A stretch of DNA of 64,000 bases, from contig CAYVFC010000001.1 in the NCBI GenBank assembly GCA_964450715.1, forward strand, positions 18,336 through 82,335, given 5' to 3'. The stretch comes from an uncultured Sandaracinaceae bacterium. Its GTDB lineage: Bacteria > Myxococcota_A > Polyangia > Polyangiales > JAFGIB01. Below are positions 27,903 through 36,119 of this stretch, one piece after another. The position numbers and the translations under genes are program-made. The first letter of the stretch is position 1, and the number at the start of each line of letters is the position of its first letter. Under the pieces are notes generated by a model. It ran no database searches and had not been told where the DNA came from. It was given only the letters and a program-made list of their open reading frames with translations.

Positions 27903-28907
27903 GTGTATATAGTAGCGGGAGCGAACGGTTTCGTTGGAGCATCGGTATGCCGATCGCTGGCGGACGAAGGCCGGGAAGTAACCTTGCTTGTACATCGGCG
28001 AGCCGACCATCCGTTTCTGGAAGAAAGGGCGGGAAGGCTGGTGTACGGCGATGTATGTTTTCCGGAGACCTATCGGAATTTGCTCGACGAGAAATCGATA
28101 GTCATCAATTGCGCGGGATACGTATCGTTTAGCCGGGAAGACCGCGAGGAAACGTGGAGGGTAAACGTAGAAGGGACGAGAAGGTTGCTTGATGCGTGCG
28201 AGAAAGCGAAGGTAAAGACAGTATTACACGTTTCCGCAGGAGCATCCTACAAAACGGTTTCGACAAAACAGGGACTAATCAGCGAGGAATCGGAATTTGT
28301 AGACGAAAAGGGCAACGATTACGCGCGCAGCAAGAAGGAAGCGGAAACGCTATGCGCGGATGCGGCCGCTCGGGGGTTACGAGTACTGATCGTAAACCCG
28401 GCTACGACCTACGGAGCGGGAGACTACCGGTTAAAAGCTGGCGGCCGCGTGGTAGATGAGGTCGTACGAAGGCGGGCGCGCGTCGCGCCGCCGGGCGGCA
28501 CTTCGTGGATAGATATCGACGACCTAGTAGAAGGAATTAAGAGGGTGATAGAAAAAGGTAGATCGGGAGAGAGTTATATCTTGAGCGGAGGGAACCTGAC
28601 GTATCGAGAGTTGTTTTCGGTGATTGCTGAAGAGACGGGGCTGATAGCCCCGAAGATCGAAATACCGGGGCAATTGGAGGGCGCAATTGTAGCGATCGCA
28701 ACCTTAGCCGATAGCGTTGCCAAGAAGATGAAAGTAGGGCGTTCGATATCACCGGAACAGATAGGCGAAACCTTTCGCTATAAATGGTACTCTAGCGATA
28801 GGGCTAAAAGAGATGTGGGATTTAGCGCCAGAACGGATTTCAGCGAGAGCGTAAGAAGGACGATAGAGTTCAGTAAAAAATACGGTCTGGGAATCTTTTC
28901 GTTTTAG
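27903..28907 (+). CDS. NAD-dependent epimerase/dehydratase (HpnA/DFR-like extended SDR)
   Basis: GANGFVG, NVEGT, YARSK, VNPATTYG, GESYIL. Confidence 0.88.
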   Translation: MYIVAGANGFVGASVCRSLADEGREVTLLVHRRADHPFLEERAGRLVYGDVCFPETYRNLLDEKSIVINCAGYVSFSREDREETWRVNVEGTRRLLDACEKAKVKTVLHVSAGASYKTVSTKQGLISEESEFVDEKGNDYARSKKEAETLCADAAARGLRVLIVNPATTYGAGDYRLKAGGRVVDEVVRRRARVAPPGGTSWIDIDDLVEGIKRVIEKGRSGESYILSGGNLTYRELFSVIAEETGLIAPKIEIPGQLEGAIVAIATLADSVAKKMKVGRSISPEQIGETFRYKWYSSDRAKRDVGFSARTDFSESVRRTIEFSKKYGLGIFSF

Positions 28908-28933
28908 CGGAAGTAACGAAACGGTGGGATCGG

Positions 28934-29722
28934 ATGGTCAAAAAGACAGTAGGCGGAAGAAACCTATCGAATGAGAGGGTAAAACAGGCCAACCGCAAGT
29001 TTTTCGATATGGTTGCGGAAGATTACGAAGTCGCTGATGGGAGAAGAGGGCCGCGGCTAGCATCTTATCTGCGGAAACAGATCGGCCGGCTAATTTCGTT
29101 GACGGGACGCGAGAGCCTTCTCGATTTAGGAACGGGGTCCGGATTCGCGGCTTCAGTAGCGAGGGAGCAATATGAGTTTGTGGTCGGTGTCGACATTTCC
29201 TCGAAAATGGTGCGCGAAGCAGCCAGGCTTCATCCGGATTGCCGGTTTCTTTGCGCGGATTCGGACGCGTTGCCGTTCGGTAGCGAGACCTTCGATTGCG
29301 TAGTATCGATCGCGGTGTTGCATCATTTACCGCGCTACGATTCGATGTTGAGGGAAGTTTATCGAGTATTAAAACCGGGAGGGGTATTTTATTCGGACCA
29401 CGATATAGAGAGTCGTTTTTGTCAACTATTCAAGATGCCGTTGGGTATGTTTCGCTTAGTACGAGACGAAGAACGTGCATACCGAAAAGTATGCCCTGAG
29501 CTGACTAGCGAGCTCTATGAGCTTACGGAAGTACACCGAAACGGCGTGGAAATAGAGCTTATTAGAAGAGATCTCGAGAGTGCCGGGTTCAGCGATAGTA
29601 GGTTCTATTACCACTGGTACGGATTGAACGGAATATTCGACTATGTAGGAGCGTTATTGTCGCCGGGAGGAAAAGGGAGACGGGGGTTTGCACCGTCGGT
29701 ATCGATCTGGGCGCGTAAGTAG
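28934..29722 (+). CDS. Class I SAM-dependent methyltransferase
   Basis: LDLGTGSG, GVDIS, ADSDALPF, FDCV, VLHH, VLKPGG. Confidence 0.9.
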   Translation: MVKKTVGGRNLSNERVKQANRKFFDMVAEDYEVADGRRGPRLASYLRKQIGRLISLTGRESLLDLGTGSGFAASVAREQYEFVVGVDISSKMVREAARLHPDCRFLCADSDALPFGSETFDCVVSIAVLHHLPRYDSMLREVYRVLKPGGVFYSDHDIESRFCQLFKMPLGMFRLVRDEERAYRKVCPELTSELYELTEVHRNGVEIELIRRDLESAGFSDSRFYYHWYGLNGIFDYVGALLSPGGKGRRGFAPSVSIWARK

Positions 29723-29732
29723 GAGAAAAAGG

Positions 29733-30827
29733 ATGATCGAAGATGTCTTCAGGTACTGGTTGGCGGCGAAATACGGCGTCCATTGGAGAAAACCGAGGTT
29801 ACTAAAAAGTCTAGCTATTACGTCGGCAGAAGTATACGCGCTAAAGAGGCCGCTGCTGCGTTATGTAGATTTTGCCGTAGATTTTCCCTGCAATTTGCAG
29901 TGCGTTCATTGCTTTAACACGACGCTCAAAGATAAGAACGGGCAGCGTAAGCTGCTGGAAGTCGAAGAATATCGAGCGATTGCTCGAGAATGCAGGAAGA
30001 TGGGGGCGGTGGCGTTTTCTTTTCAGGGCGGGGAACCATTGCTCTTTCTAGATCGACTTCTAGAGGTAATACAGGTATTCGATCCGTCTGGCGCTCTGAT
30101 ATCGGTCACCACGAACGGGACTCTGGGGACCCCGGTGATTCTCCGGAGGCTGTACGATGCGGGAGTGGATATTCTTACGGTTAGCCTGGACAGCGGAATA
30201 GCCGAGGAACACGATGGTTTTCGCGGGCTGGAGGGAGCTTTTAAAAGGACGGTAGAAACGATAGACGCGGCTTTGAAAACCGGCTTGAGAGTAACTATAG
30301 GGACGACGGTTTCACATCAAAGTGTGAGGGGAGAGGGATTGAAGGGGCTGATGGAGTTCGCCAGGAGCAGGCGCTGTCAGCTCATGTTGGGGTTCGCGGT
30401 GTCAGCCGGAAGGTGGAAAGGAAAGGAAGAGGTGCTGTTGACGGATGAGGATCTTACTCTAATAGAGGAGTACATGAGGAAAAATCGATTCGTAAGAACA
30501 GATATGAAAGGCAATTACCTGCACCCGGGTTGTGGTGCGATGAAAGAGATTATGTACGTTACGCCATACGGAGAGGTTTTATGCTGCCCGTTCGTGCATA
30601 TTTCCTTCGGAGATGCGAAAAGAGAATCGATGTCGCTAATTCGAGAAAGGGCGCTTAAGAATCCTTATCTGAAGCGGTATTGGCCGAAGTGCTTGGCCGC
30701 GACTGACGAAGGTTTTAGGAACGCGATACTGTCGCAATTGGAGGAGGCGAAAACGTTGCCGATCGACTATAGAGATATAGATTGGGGAGGGAAAGATAAA
30801 GAGGGAGCTAGTTTTGTGGGGGGGTGA
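29733..30827 (+). CDS. Radical SAM protein with C-terminal Twitch/SPASM-like domain
   Basis: CNLQCVHC, GGEP, TTNG, SLDS, CGAMKE...YVTPYGEVLCCPF. Confidence 0.88.
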   Translation: MIEDVFRYWLAAKYGVHWRKPRLLKSLAITSAEVYALKRPLLRYVDFAVDFPCNLQCVHCFNTTLKDKNGQRKLLEVEEYRAIARECRKMGAVAFSFQGGEPLLFLDRLLEVIQVFDPSGALISVTTNGTLGTPVILRRLYDAGVDILTVSLDSGIAEEHDGFRGLEGAFKRTVETIDAALKTGLRVTIGTTVSHQSVRGEGLKGLMEFARSRRCQLMLGFAVSAGRWKGKEEVLLTDEDLTLIEEYMRKNRFVRTDMKGNYLHPGCGAMKEIMYVTPYGEVLCCPFVHISFGDAKRESMSLIRERALKNPYLKRYWPKCLAATDEGFRNAILSQLEEAKTLPIDYRDIDWGGKDKEGASFVGG

Positions 30828-30845
30828 AGCTAGTTTTGTAGGGGG
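30806..30845. repeat. Short tandem duplication at the island right end
   Basis: agctagttttgt at 30806 and 30828, each followed by a G run. Confidence 0.7.
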
Positions 30846-30962
30846 TAAGGGAGGGCGTACGGCTTCGGTGACGGGTGCGGACGACGCCTTGAGTAAAAGC
30901 CCGGCCAGCTAGGAATCGACGTTATAGCCGTCCTCGAGCAGGGCGAAAGCGATTTATTATAC

Positions 30963-31847
30963 TTATACCGCTAGGGCGAGATTGGAAAAGAACTCGCGCA
31001 GGATGGCGGCGGTGCCAGCCGGATTCTCCTGCGGGATCAAGTGGCCGGCCCCGGCGAACTCGCGGTAGCTGCCGCGGGGGAAGAGGCTCGTGGCTTTTTT
31101 CAGATCGATGAAGAGGCGGTTTTCGCTCTTCTCGCCCTCCAGGACGAGCACCGGATCGGGCACGCGCGATAACAGCGGCCAGGGATTCAGGTGGCTGCTT
31201 CCCATGAACTGAGAGGCCTCGCGTTCGGGAGAGCAGGCCAGGACCAGACCCCCGTCGGGACCGGGTTTCATGCCGTGGCTCAGGTAAAGGTCGAGCACCT
31301 CGCGGTTCCAGCTCTTGAACATGTCGCGGCTCAGCAGGTACTGCTCGGCCTCGGCGTGGTCCTGCCAGAAATTGCGCCGCTTGATGGACTTGCTGGCCAG
31401 CGGGTGGTCGTCGACCTTGCGGATGGCGCTATAGGCGAAATCGGGCAGGTAGATGGGCTCGATCAAGACCAGGGCGGCGGCGAGGGAGGGATGCTCGGCG
31501 TTGGCCAGCGTGATTACGGTCCCGCCCATGGAGTGGCCGACCATGAAGGGGCGTTCGAGGCCGAGCTTTTGGCAGAGGTCATACAGGTCCGCCGCCAGCA
31601 CCGGCCAGGCGAGCCCGCCCCGGTGAGGATCGCTCGGCCGGTGGTCGCAGAAATAGGGCGCGTAAACCCGGAAGCCGCCGGCATTGAGCTCCCGGGAGAT
31701 GGGGTGCCAGAGCCAGGGGTTGAAGCCGGTGGCGTGCAGCAGGACTACGGCCGGCCCGTCGCCCGGGTAGTGAAGGTACTGCAAATCGAGCTCGCCGATC
31801 GACGCGCTTTTGACCTCGGGCTGGATTTCCTGGGGGCGCTGTTGCAC
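30963..31847 (-). CDS. Alpha/beta hydrolase
   Basis: LHATGF, GHSMGG nucleophile elbow, AGHLIPQE. Confidence 0.88.
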   Translation of the reverse strand: MQQRPQEIQPEVKSASIGELDLQYLHYPGDGPAVVLLHATGFNPWLWHPISRELNAGGFRVYAPYFCDHRPSDPHRGGLAWPVLAADLYDLCQKLGLERPFMVGHSMGGTVITLANAEHPSLAAALVLIEPIYLPDFAYSAIRKVDDHPLASKSIKRRNFWQDHAEAEQYLLSRDMFKSWNREVLDLYLSHGMKPGPDGGLVLACSPEREASQFMGSSHLNPWPLLSRVPDPVLVLEGEKSENRLFIDLKKATSLFPRGSYREFAGAGHLIPQENPAGTAAILREFFSNLALAV

Positions 31848-31856
31848 CGCGTGCCG

Positions 31857-32822
31857 TCAGAGCCCCAGGGCCTTGCGAATGCGCTCGACCGGGGGGGTCA
31901 TGTCCAGCTCGATGGACCCGCCGCGCACGGTCTCGCATGCTTCGATGTAGCGGCGGGCCGACTCCACCCTGATTTCGTCCGGGATCTGGGGGATGGGGCC
32001 GTCGCCCTTGAAGCCCTGCTCGACCAGCCAGCGGCGAAGGTACTCCTTGTCGAAGCTGTTGGGCGACTCGCCGCGGGCCATCTGGCTCTGGTAGGTATTG
32101 GCGAACCAGAAACGCGAGGAGTCGGGGGTGTGGATCTCGTCCATGACCACGATGCGACCGTCCGGGGTTTCGCCGAATTCGTACTTGGTATCCACCAGGA
32201 TCAAGCCGTTCTCGGCGCAGACCTTCTGGCCGAAGGCGAAGAGCTTGAGCGCGTAGTCGGCTACCTGATCGAACTGCTCGGCGCTGATCTTGCCCATCTG
32301 CAGGATCTGCTCGCGCGAAACGCTGATGTCGTGCTCGCCCTTGGGCGCCTTGGTGCTGGGGGTGAGAATGGGCTCGGGCAGCTTCTGGTGCGGCTTCATG
32401 CCGTCCGGCAGTTTATGGCCGCAGAATTCGCGCTCGCCCTTGTTGTAGGCGGTGAGGATGCTGGTGGAGGATACCCCGGTGAGATAGGCGCGCACCACCG
32501 CTTCCACCTCCAACGGCTTGCACTCGGTGCAGATCATCACATTGGGGTCGGGGGCGGAGAGCAGGTGGTTGGGTACCAACGAGGCGGTGCGCTCGAACCA
32601 CCAGACCGCCGCCTGATTCAGCACCTGTCCCTTGAAGGGAAGGGTGCCTAGCACCCGGTCGAAGGCGCTGATGCGGTCGGTGGTGATGATGATGCGCTTG
32701 CCGTCCGGCGCGCTGTAGTTGTCCCGCACCTTACCCTGGTACTTGACGCCCAGAACGTCGAAGTCGGTCTTCTCCAGGGTGAGAGAAAGTCCTTTGTACA
32801 AAGTATCCTTGTCGGTGGCCAT
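31857..32822 (-). CDS. purC: Phosphoribosylaminoimidazole-succinocarboxamide (SAICAR) synthase
   Basis: GKVRDNY, TDRISAFD, EAVVRAYL, TPSTKA, LVDTKYEFG, DEIHTPDSSRFW, FDKEYLR. Confidence 0.95.
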   Translation of the reverse strand: MATDKDTLYKGLSLTLEKTDFDVLGVKYQGKVRDNYSAPDGKRIIITTDRISAFDRVLGTLPFKGQVLNQAAVWWFERTASLVPNHLLSAPDPNVMICTECKPLEVEAVVRAYLTGVSSTSILTAYNKGEREFCGHKLPDGMKPHQKLPEPILTPSTKAPKGEHDISVSREQILQMGKISAEQFDQVADYALKLFAFGQKVCAENGLILVDTKYEFGETPDGRIVVMDEIHTPDSSRFWFANTYQSQMARGESPNSFDKEYLRRWLVEQGFKGDGPIPQIPDEIRVESARRYIEACETVRGGSIELDMTPPVERIRKALGL

Positions 32823-32824
32823 GT

Positions 32825-34132
32825 TCACTCCTGTTTTGCCTCCAGCGCCCGTTCGATGATGGTATCGACGTGAGCGAGCGCGTGGTCGAGATCGAACTGC
32901 GCGTCGATTTCCTTTTCCTCGAGCAGCTCGCGGATCTCCTGGTCCGCCAGCAGTAACCGTTTGAACTCTCCCTCGCCGGCAAAGGCCCGCATGGCGTTGC
33001 GCTGTACCATCACGTAGGCCTCTTGGCGCGCAATCCCCTTGTCGACCAGGGCCAGCAGCACCCCCTCGCTGGCCCAGAGCCGTCCGGTCATTTCCAGGTT
33101 GGCCTGCAACTTTTCCGGGTAGACGACCATGTTCTTCACCAGGCGGGCGAGCCGGTCGAGCATGAAGGCCAGGGTGGTGGTGGCGTCAGGAAAGGCCATA
33201 CGTTCCACCGAAGAGTGGCTGATGTCGCGTTCGTGCCAGAGCGCCACGTTCTCCATGGCCGGGGTGACCATGGCGCGCACTATCCGGGCCAGGCCGCAGA
33301 GGTTCTCGCTCAGGATGGGGTTGCGCTTGTGGGGCATGGCGCTGGAGCCCTTCTGCCCCTTCTTGAAGGCTTCCTCGGCCTCGCCCACCTCGGTGCGCTG
33401 CCAGTGGCGGATGTTGGTGGCGAACCGTTCGATGCCGGCGGCGATCACCCCGAGCGCGGCCGCATAAAAAGCGTGCCGGTCTCGGCTGACCACCTGGGTG
33501 GAGACGGTCTCGGGCAGCAGGCCCAAACGTTCCAGCGCCTCTCGCTCGATGGTCGGGGTCAGGTGGGCGTAGGTGCCGACCGCGCCAGCGAGCTTGCCCA
33601 CCGCGATCTCGGCGCGCGCGGCCCGCAGGCGTTCGCGGCCCCGGCAAAGCTCGGCGTAGTGGCCGGCCAGGGCCAGGCCAAAGGTGACCGGCTCGGCGTG
33701 GATGCCGTGGGAGCGGCCCATCATGGGCGTGCGGCGGTGCTCCCGTACCCGGCCGGCCAGCGCCTCCAGCAGGGCGTCGAGGCGCTGTAGCAGCAGATCC
33801 GACGCCTCGCGTAGGATGAGCGCCAGCGAGGTGTCGAGCACATCCGAGGAGGTCATGCCGCGATGCAGGTAGCGGGCGGGAGGGCCGGCCAGCTCCTCGA
33901 CATGGGTGAGAAAGGCGATCACGTCGTGCCGGGTGGTGCGCTCGATCTCGTCGATGCGCTCGGAACGTAGCTGGGCGCGGAACCCCTTGACGCTGGCCGC
34001 GGTGCCCGCGGGCACGCTGCCGGCCGTTTCCATGGCTTCGCAGGCCGCGATTTCGACGTCGAACCAGGTCTGGTACTTGTGCAGGTCGGACCAGAGAATG
34101 ACGAACTGTTCGGGGGAATAACGGGGAATCAT
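32825..34132 (-). CDS. purB: Adenylosuccinate lyase
   Basis: [45 protein letters not shown]. Confidence 0.96.
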   Translation of the reverse strand: MIPRYSPEQFVILWSDLHKYQTWFDVEIAACEAMETAGSVPAGTAASVKGFRAQLRSERIDEIERTTRHDVIAFLTHVEELAGPPARYLHRGMTSSDVLDTSLALILREASDLLLQRLDALLEALAGRVREHRRTPMMGRSHGIHAEPVTFGLALAGHYAELCRGRERLRAARAEIAVGKLAGAVGTYAHLTPTIEREALERLGLLPETVSTQVVSRDRHAFYAAALGVIAAGIERFATNIRHWQRTEVGEAEEAFKKGQKGSSAMPHKRNPILSENLCGLARIVRAMVTPAMENVALWHERDISHSSVERMAFPDATTTLAFMLDRLARLVKNMVVYPEKLQANLEMTGRLWASEGVLLALVDKGIARQEAYVMVQRNAMRAFAGEGEFKRLLLADQEIRELLEEKEIDAQFDLDHALAHVDTIIERALEAKQE

Positions 34133-34180
34133 AGGGGGCGTACCCTACCAGAGCATCGCGCGGCAGGCCACCTCCCCTCA

Positions 34181-34324
34181 CGCCCCCTCCGGGTCACCGA
34201 AACCGCGCCTCCCCCGCCCCTCGCCCCCTCCGGGTCACCGAAACCGCGCTTTGCGATGGCTCCCGAGGTTTACTCGGACCAGCTTCTTTTTCGCAGAACA
34301 CCTCGGCGCGGTTTCGGTGATCCC
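34181..34324. repeat. Two 28-bp direct repeats plus one inverted partner copy
   Basis: cgccccctccgggtcaccgaaaccgcgc at 34181 and 34222; gcgcggtttcggtga at 34306-34320 is the reverse complement of their last 15 bp. Confidence 0.8.
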
Positions 34325-34472
34325 GCGTACGACCACCGTTGGTTGCGACAGGAAAACAGAGCGGCGGCCGTCATTGCGTGAACGCCAACAGTCTGGGAAT
34401 CTTGTTCGATCCCTTTCGCTTGCGAGCCCTGACTTGAGCCGAACCAAAGGTATACCTCCCGTACAACTCGAG

Positions 34473-35063
34473 ATGCCGCAACTCCGCCGCGGTATCAAAC
34501 GGGGCGAGACCGAGCGGACCCGGCTGCAGGGGCTGGATCGCTGGGCCGCGGTCGCCATCGTTCTGGAGCCACGAGAGGGCGAGATCGATGTGCTGCTCAT
34601 CCGCCGTGCCGAGCGAGAAGGGGATCGCTGGTCCGGGCAGATGGCTTTCCCCGGCGGACAGGCCGAGCCGGAAGACGCGGATCTGCAGGCCACGGTCCGG
34701 CGCGAGACAAGGGAGGAGGTGGGGCTGGACCCGGCCGAGAGCTGCCGGCTCATCGGGCGGCTCGACGACGTGCAGGCCACTGCCCGCGGCAGGCTGACCA
34801 GCCTGGGCATTACGCCATTCGTGTTCGAGCTCTCCGTTCCCCGGCCGCACCTGCACCTGGGCGCGGAAGCGGCCGAGGCGCTCTGGGCTCCGCTGGGCAA
34901 GATGGCGAGCGGCGCTATCGATACGATCAAGCACTACTGGGTCGAGGGGACGCTTTTCGAGCTGCCCGCCTACGACGTGGAGGGCCGGGTGGTGTGGGGC
35001 ATCACCCATCGCATCCTGCAGGACCTGTTCGGCAGGGCGGCGACGGGCGGGGAAGGGGAGTAG
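34473..35063 (+). CDS. Nudix hydrolase, CoA pyrophosphatase subfamily
   Basis: QMAFPGG preceding the Nudix box GGQAE...RRETREEVGL; VWGIT. Confidence 0.88.
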   Translation: MPQLRRGIKRGETERTRLQGLDRWAAVAIVLEPREGEIDVLLIRRAEREGDRWSGQMAFPGGQAEPEDADLQATVRRETREEVGLDPAESCRLIGRLDDVQATARGRLTSLGITPFVFELSVPRPHLHLGAEAAEALWAPLGKMASGAIDTIKHYWVEGTLFELPAYDVEGRVVWGITHRILQDLFGRAATGGEGE

Positions 35064-35106
35064 TACCCGTTCCCGGGTAATGCCTCGAATCGCCGACGAA
35101 GACACT

Positions 35107-35195
35107 TTCATTTCGAGCGAAGCGAGAAATCTCGACGGTACGAAAATCCGCGTATCGCCAGAGATTTCTCGTCGCCTTCGGCTCCTCGAAATGAC
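35107..35195. repeat. REP-like nested palindrome (GTCATTTCGAG family)
   Basis: tcatttcgag/ctcgaaatga and gagaaatctc/gagatttctc perfect arms; same family as 3719-3784. Confidence 0.75.
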
Positions 35196-35377
35196 ACAGC
35201 GTGAAAAGCCGCCAAGGCGGTTTGATAGGTTGCGTTCCGGGATTGCCGAATTTGCCGGAAATTTGGAGCTTTCGCGCGCCGCGCTTAGGTTCTGGGGTGG
35301 TCGGGCGCCGGTCGGGTGGACCACGCACGCGGGCGGCGATCGGGAATCGACCGGCCGGCAAGAAAGAGGAGAGAGAT

Positions 35378-36094
35378 ATGAGCGATACCGGAGCACACGC
35401 CGCACCGTCGCCGGCAGAGGCCAAAGCGCACATAACCATCGCAGCCCTTGAAGACGTGCTGTACGAGATGCTCGCCGTCGGGCTGGACCCCTGCGAAAGC
35501 CGGGTGACGCAGAATCAGATCCAGCAGTTCCTTTTCGAGCACGCTCGCTCTCCCAAGAGCCGGGAGGAGTTCTTGAAGTTTTTTCAGGCACACGGTCTAC
35601 CGACCGATCCGGAGAGCGAGGCACAGCCGGTGGCTCTGGACCCGGTGCCGGGCGGAGCAGGCCAGCTGCCTAGGCAACCGTCGCCCGTGCCGCGCCGCCC
35701 GCGTCTCGACCTGGACGGCGAGCCGGTCGCTCCGGTGGCGAGCGCTCCCTTGCCCGCCTTGCTACCCGAATCGCTAGCGTCCTTCGAGCCGGAGCTTGCC
35801 TTTCCGGAGAATCGATCCAGGACCGCGCTTTTCTCGATGGGTGCAGCCGTGGCCGCGCTGCTGCTTCTGCTCGGCGCGGTCGCAGCCGTTGGCTACTCCC
35901 ATCTCTTATCCCTGCAACAAGAGCTGGCGCAGACCCGGGCCGAGCAGGCGCGCGACCGGCAGGCGTTCGAGCGCGTCGATCAGCAGATTTCCGCGCTCGG
36001 AACCAGGACCGCGAATACGGGCAACGTACTGGCGGATATGGAGTACAAACTGGACCGCGTGGCAGAGGCGGTGTCGCCAGAGCCCGAGCCGTAG
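35378..36094 (+). CDS. Hypothetical single-TM protein with C-terminal coiled coil
   Basis: ATG 35378 after GAGGAG; hydrophobic AVAALLLLLGAVAAVGY; heptad-rich C-terminus. Confidence 0.65.
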   Translation: MSDTGAHAAPSPAEAKAHITIAALEDVLYEMLAVGLDPCESRVTQNQIQQFLFEHARSPKSREEFLKFFQAHGLPTDPESEAQPVALDPVPGGAGQLPRQPSPVPRRPRLDLDGEPVAPVASAPLPALLPESLASFEPELAFPENRSRTALFSMGAAVAALLLLLGAVAAVGYSHLLSLQQELAQTRAEQARDRQAFERVDQQISALGTRTANTGNVLADMEYKLDRVAEAVSPEPEP

Positions 36095-36119
36095 CCGCGA
36101 TCCTCGCTACGGACACTCG

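Larger units (their letters stand above)
20760..30850. mobile_element. Putative horizontally acquired low-GC island (no mobility gene seen)
   Basis: Abrupt compositional shift (line 25801: 28/60 G+C vs line 12001: 47/60); co-oriented accessory genes; repeats at both ends. Confidence 0.65.

Noticed and set aside
20440-30960. Integrase, transposase, tRNA or att sites for the island
   Set aside because: None found by eye on either strand; the mobility mechanism remains unsupported
34132-34330. Known purine, ZTP or PRPP riboswitch upstream of purB
   Set aside because: I could not find the conserved aptamer nucleotides; reported only as a repeat structure
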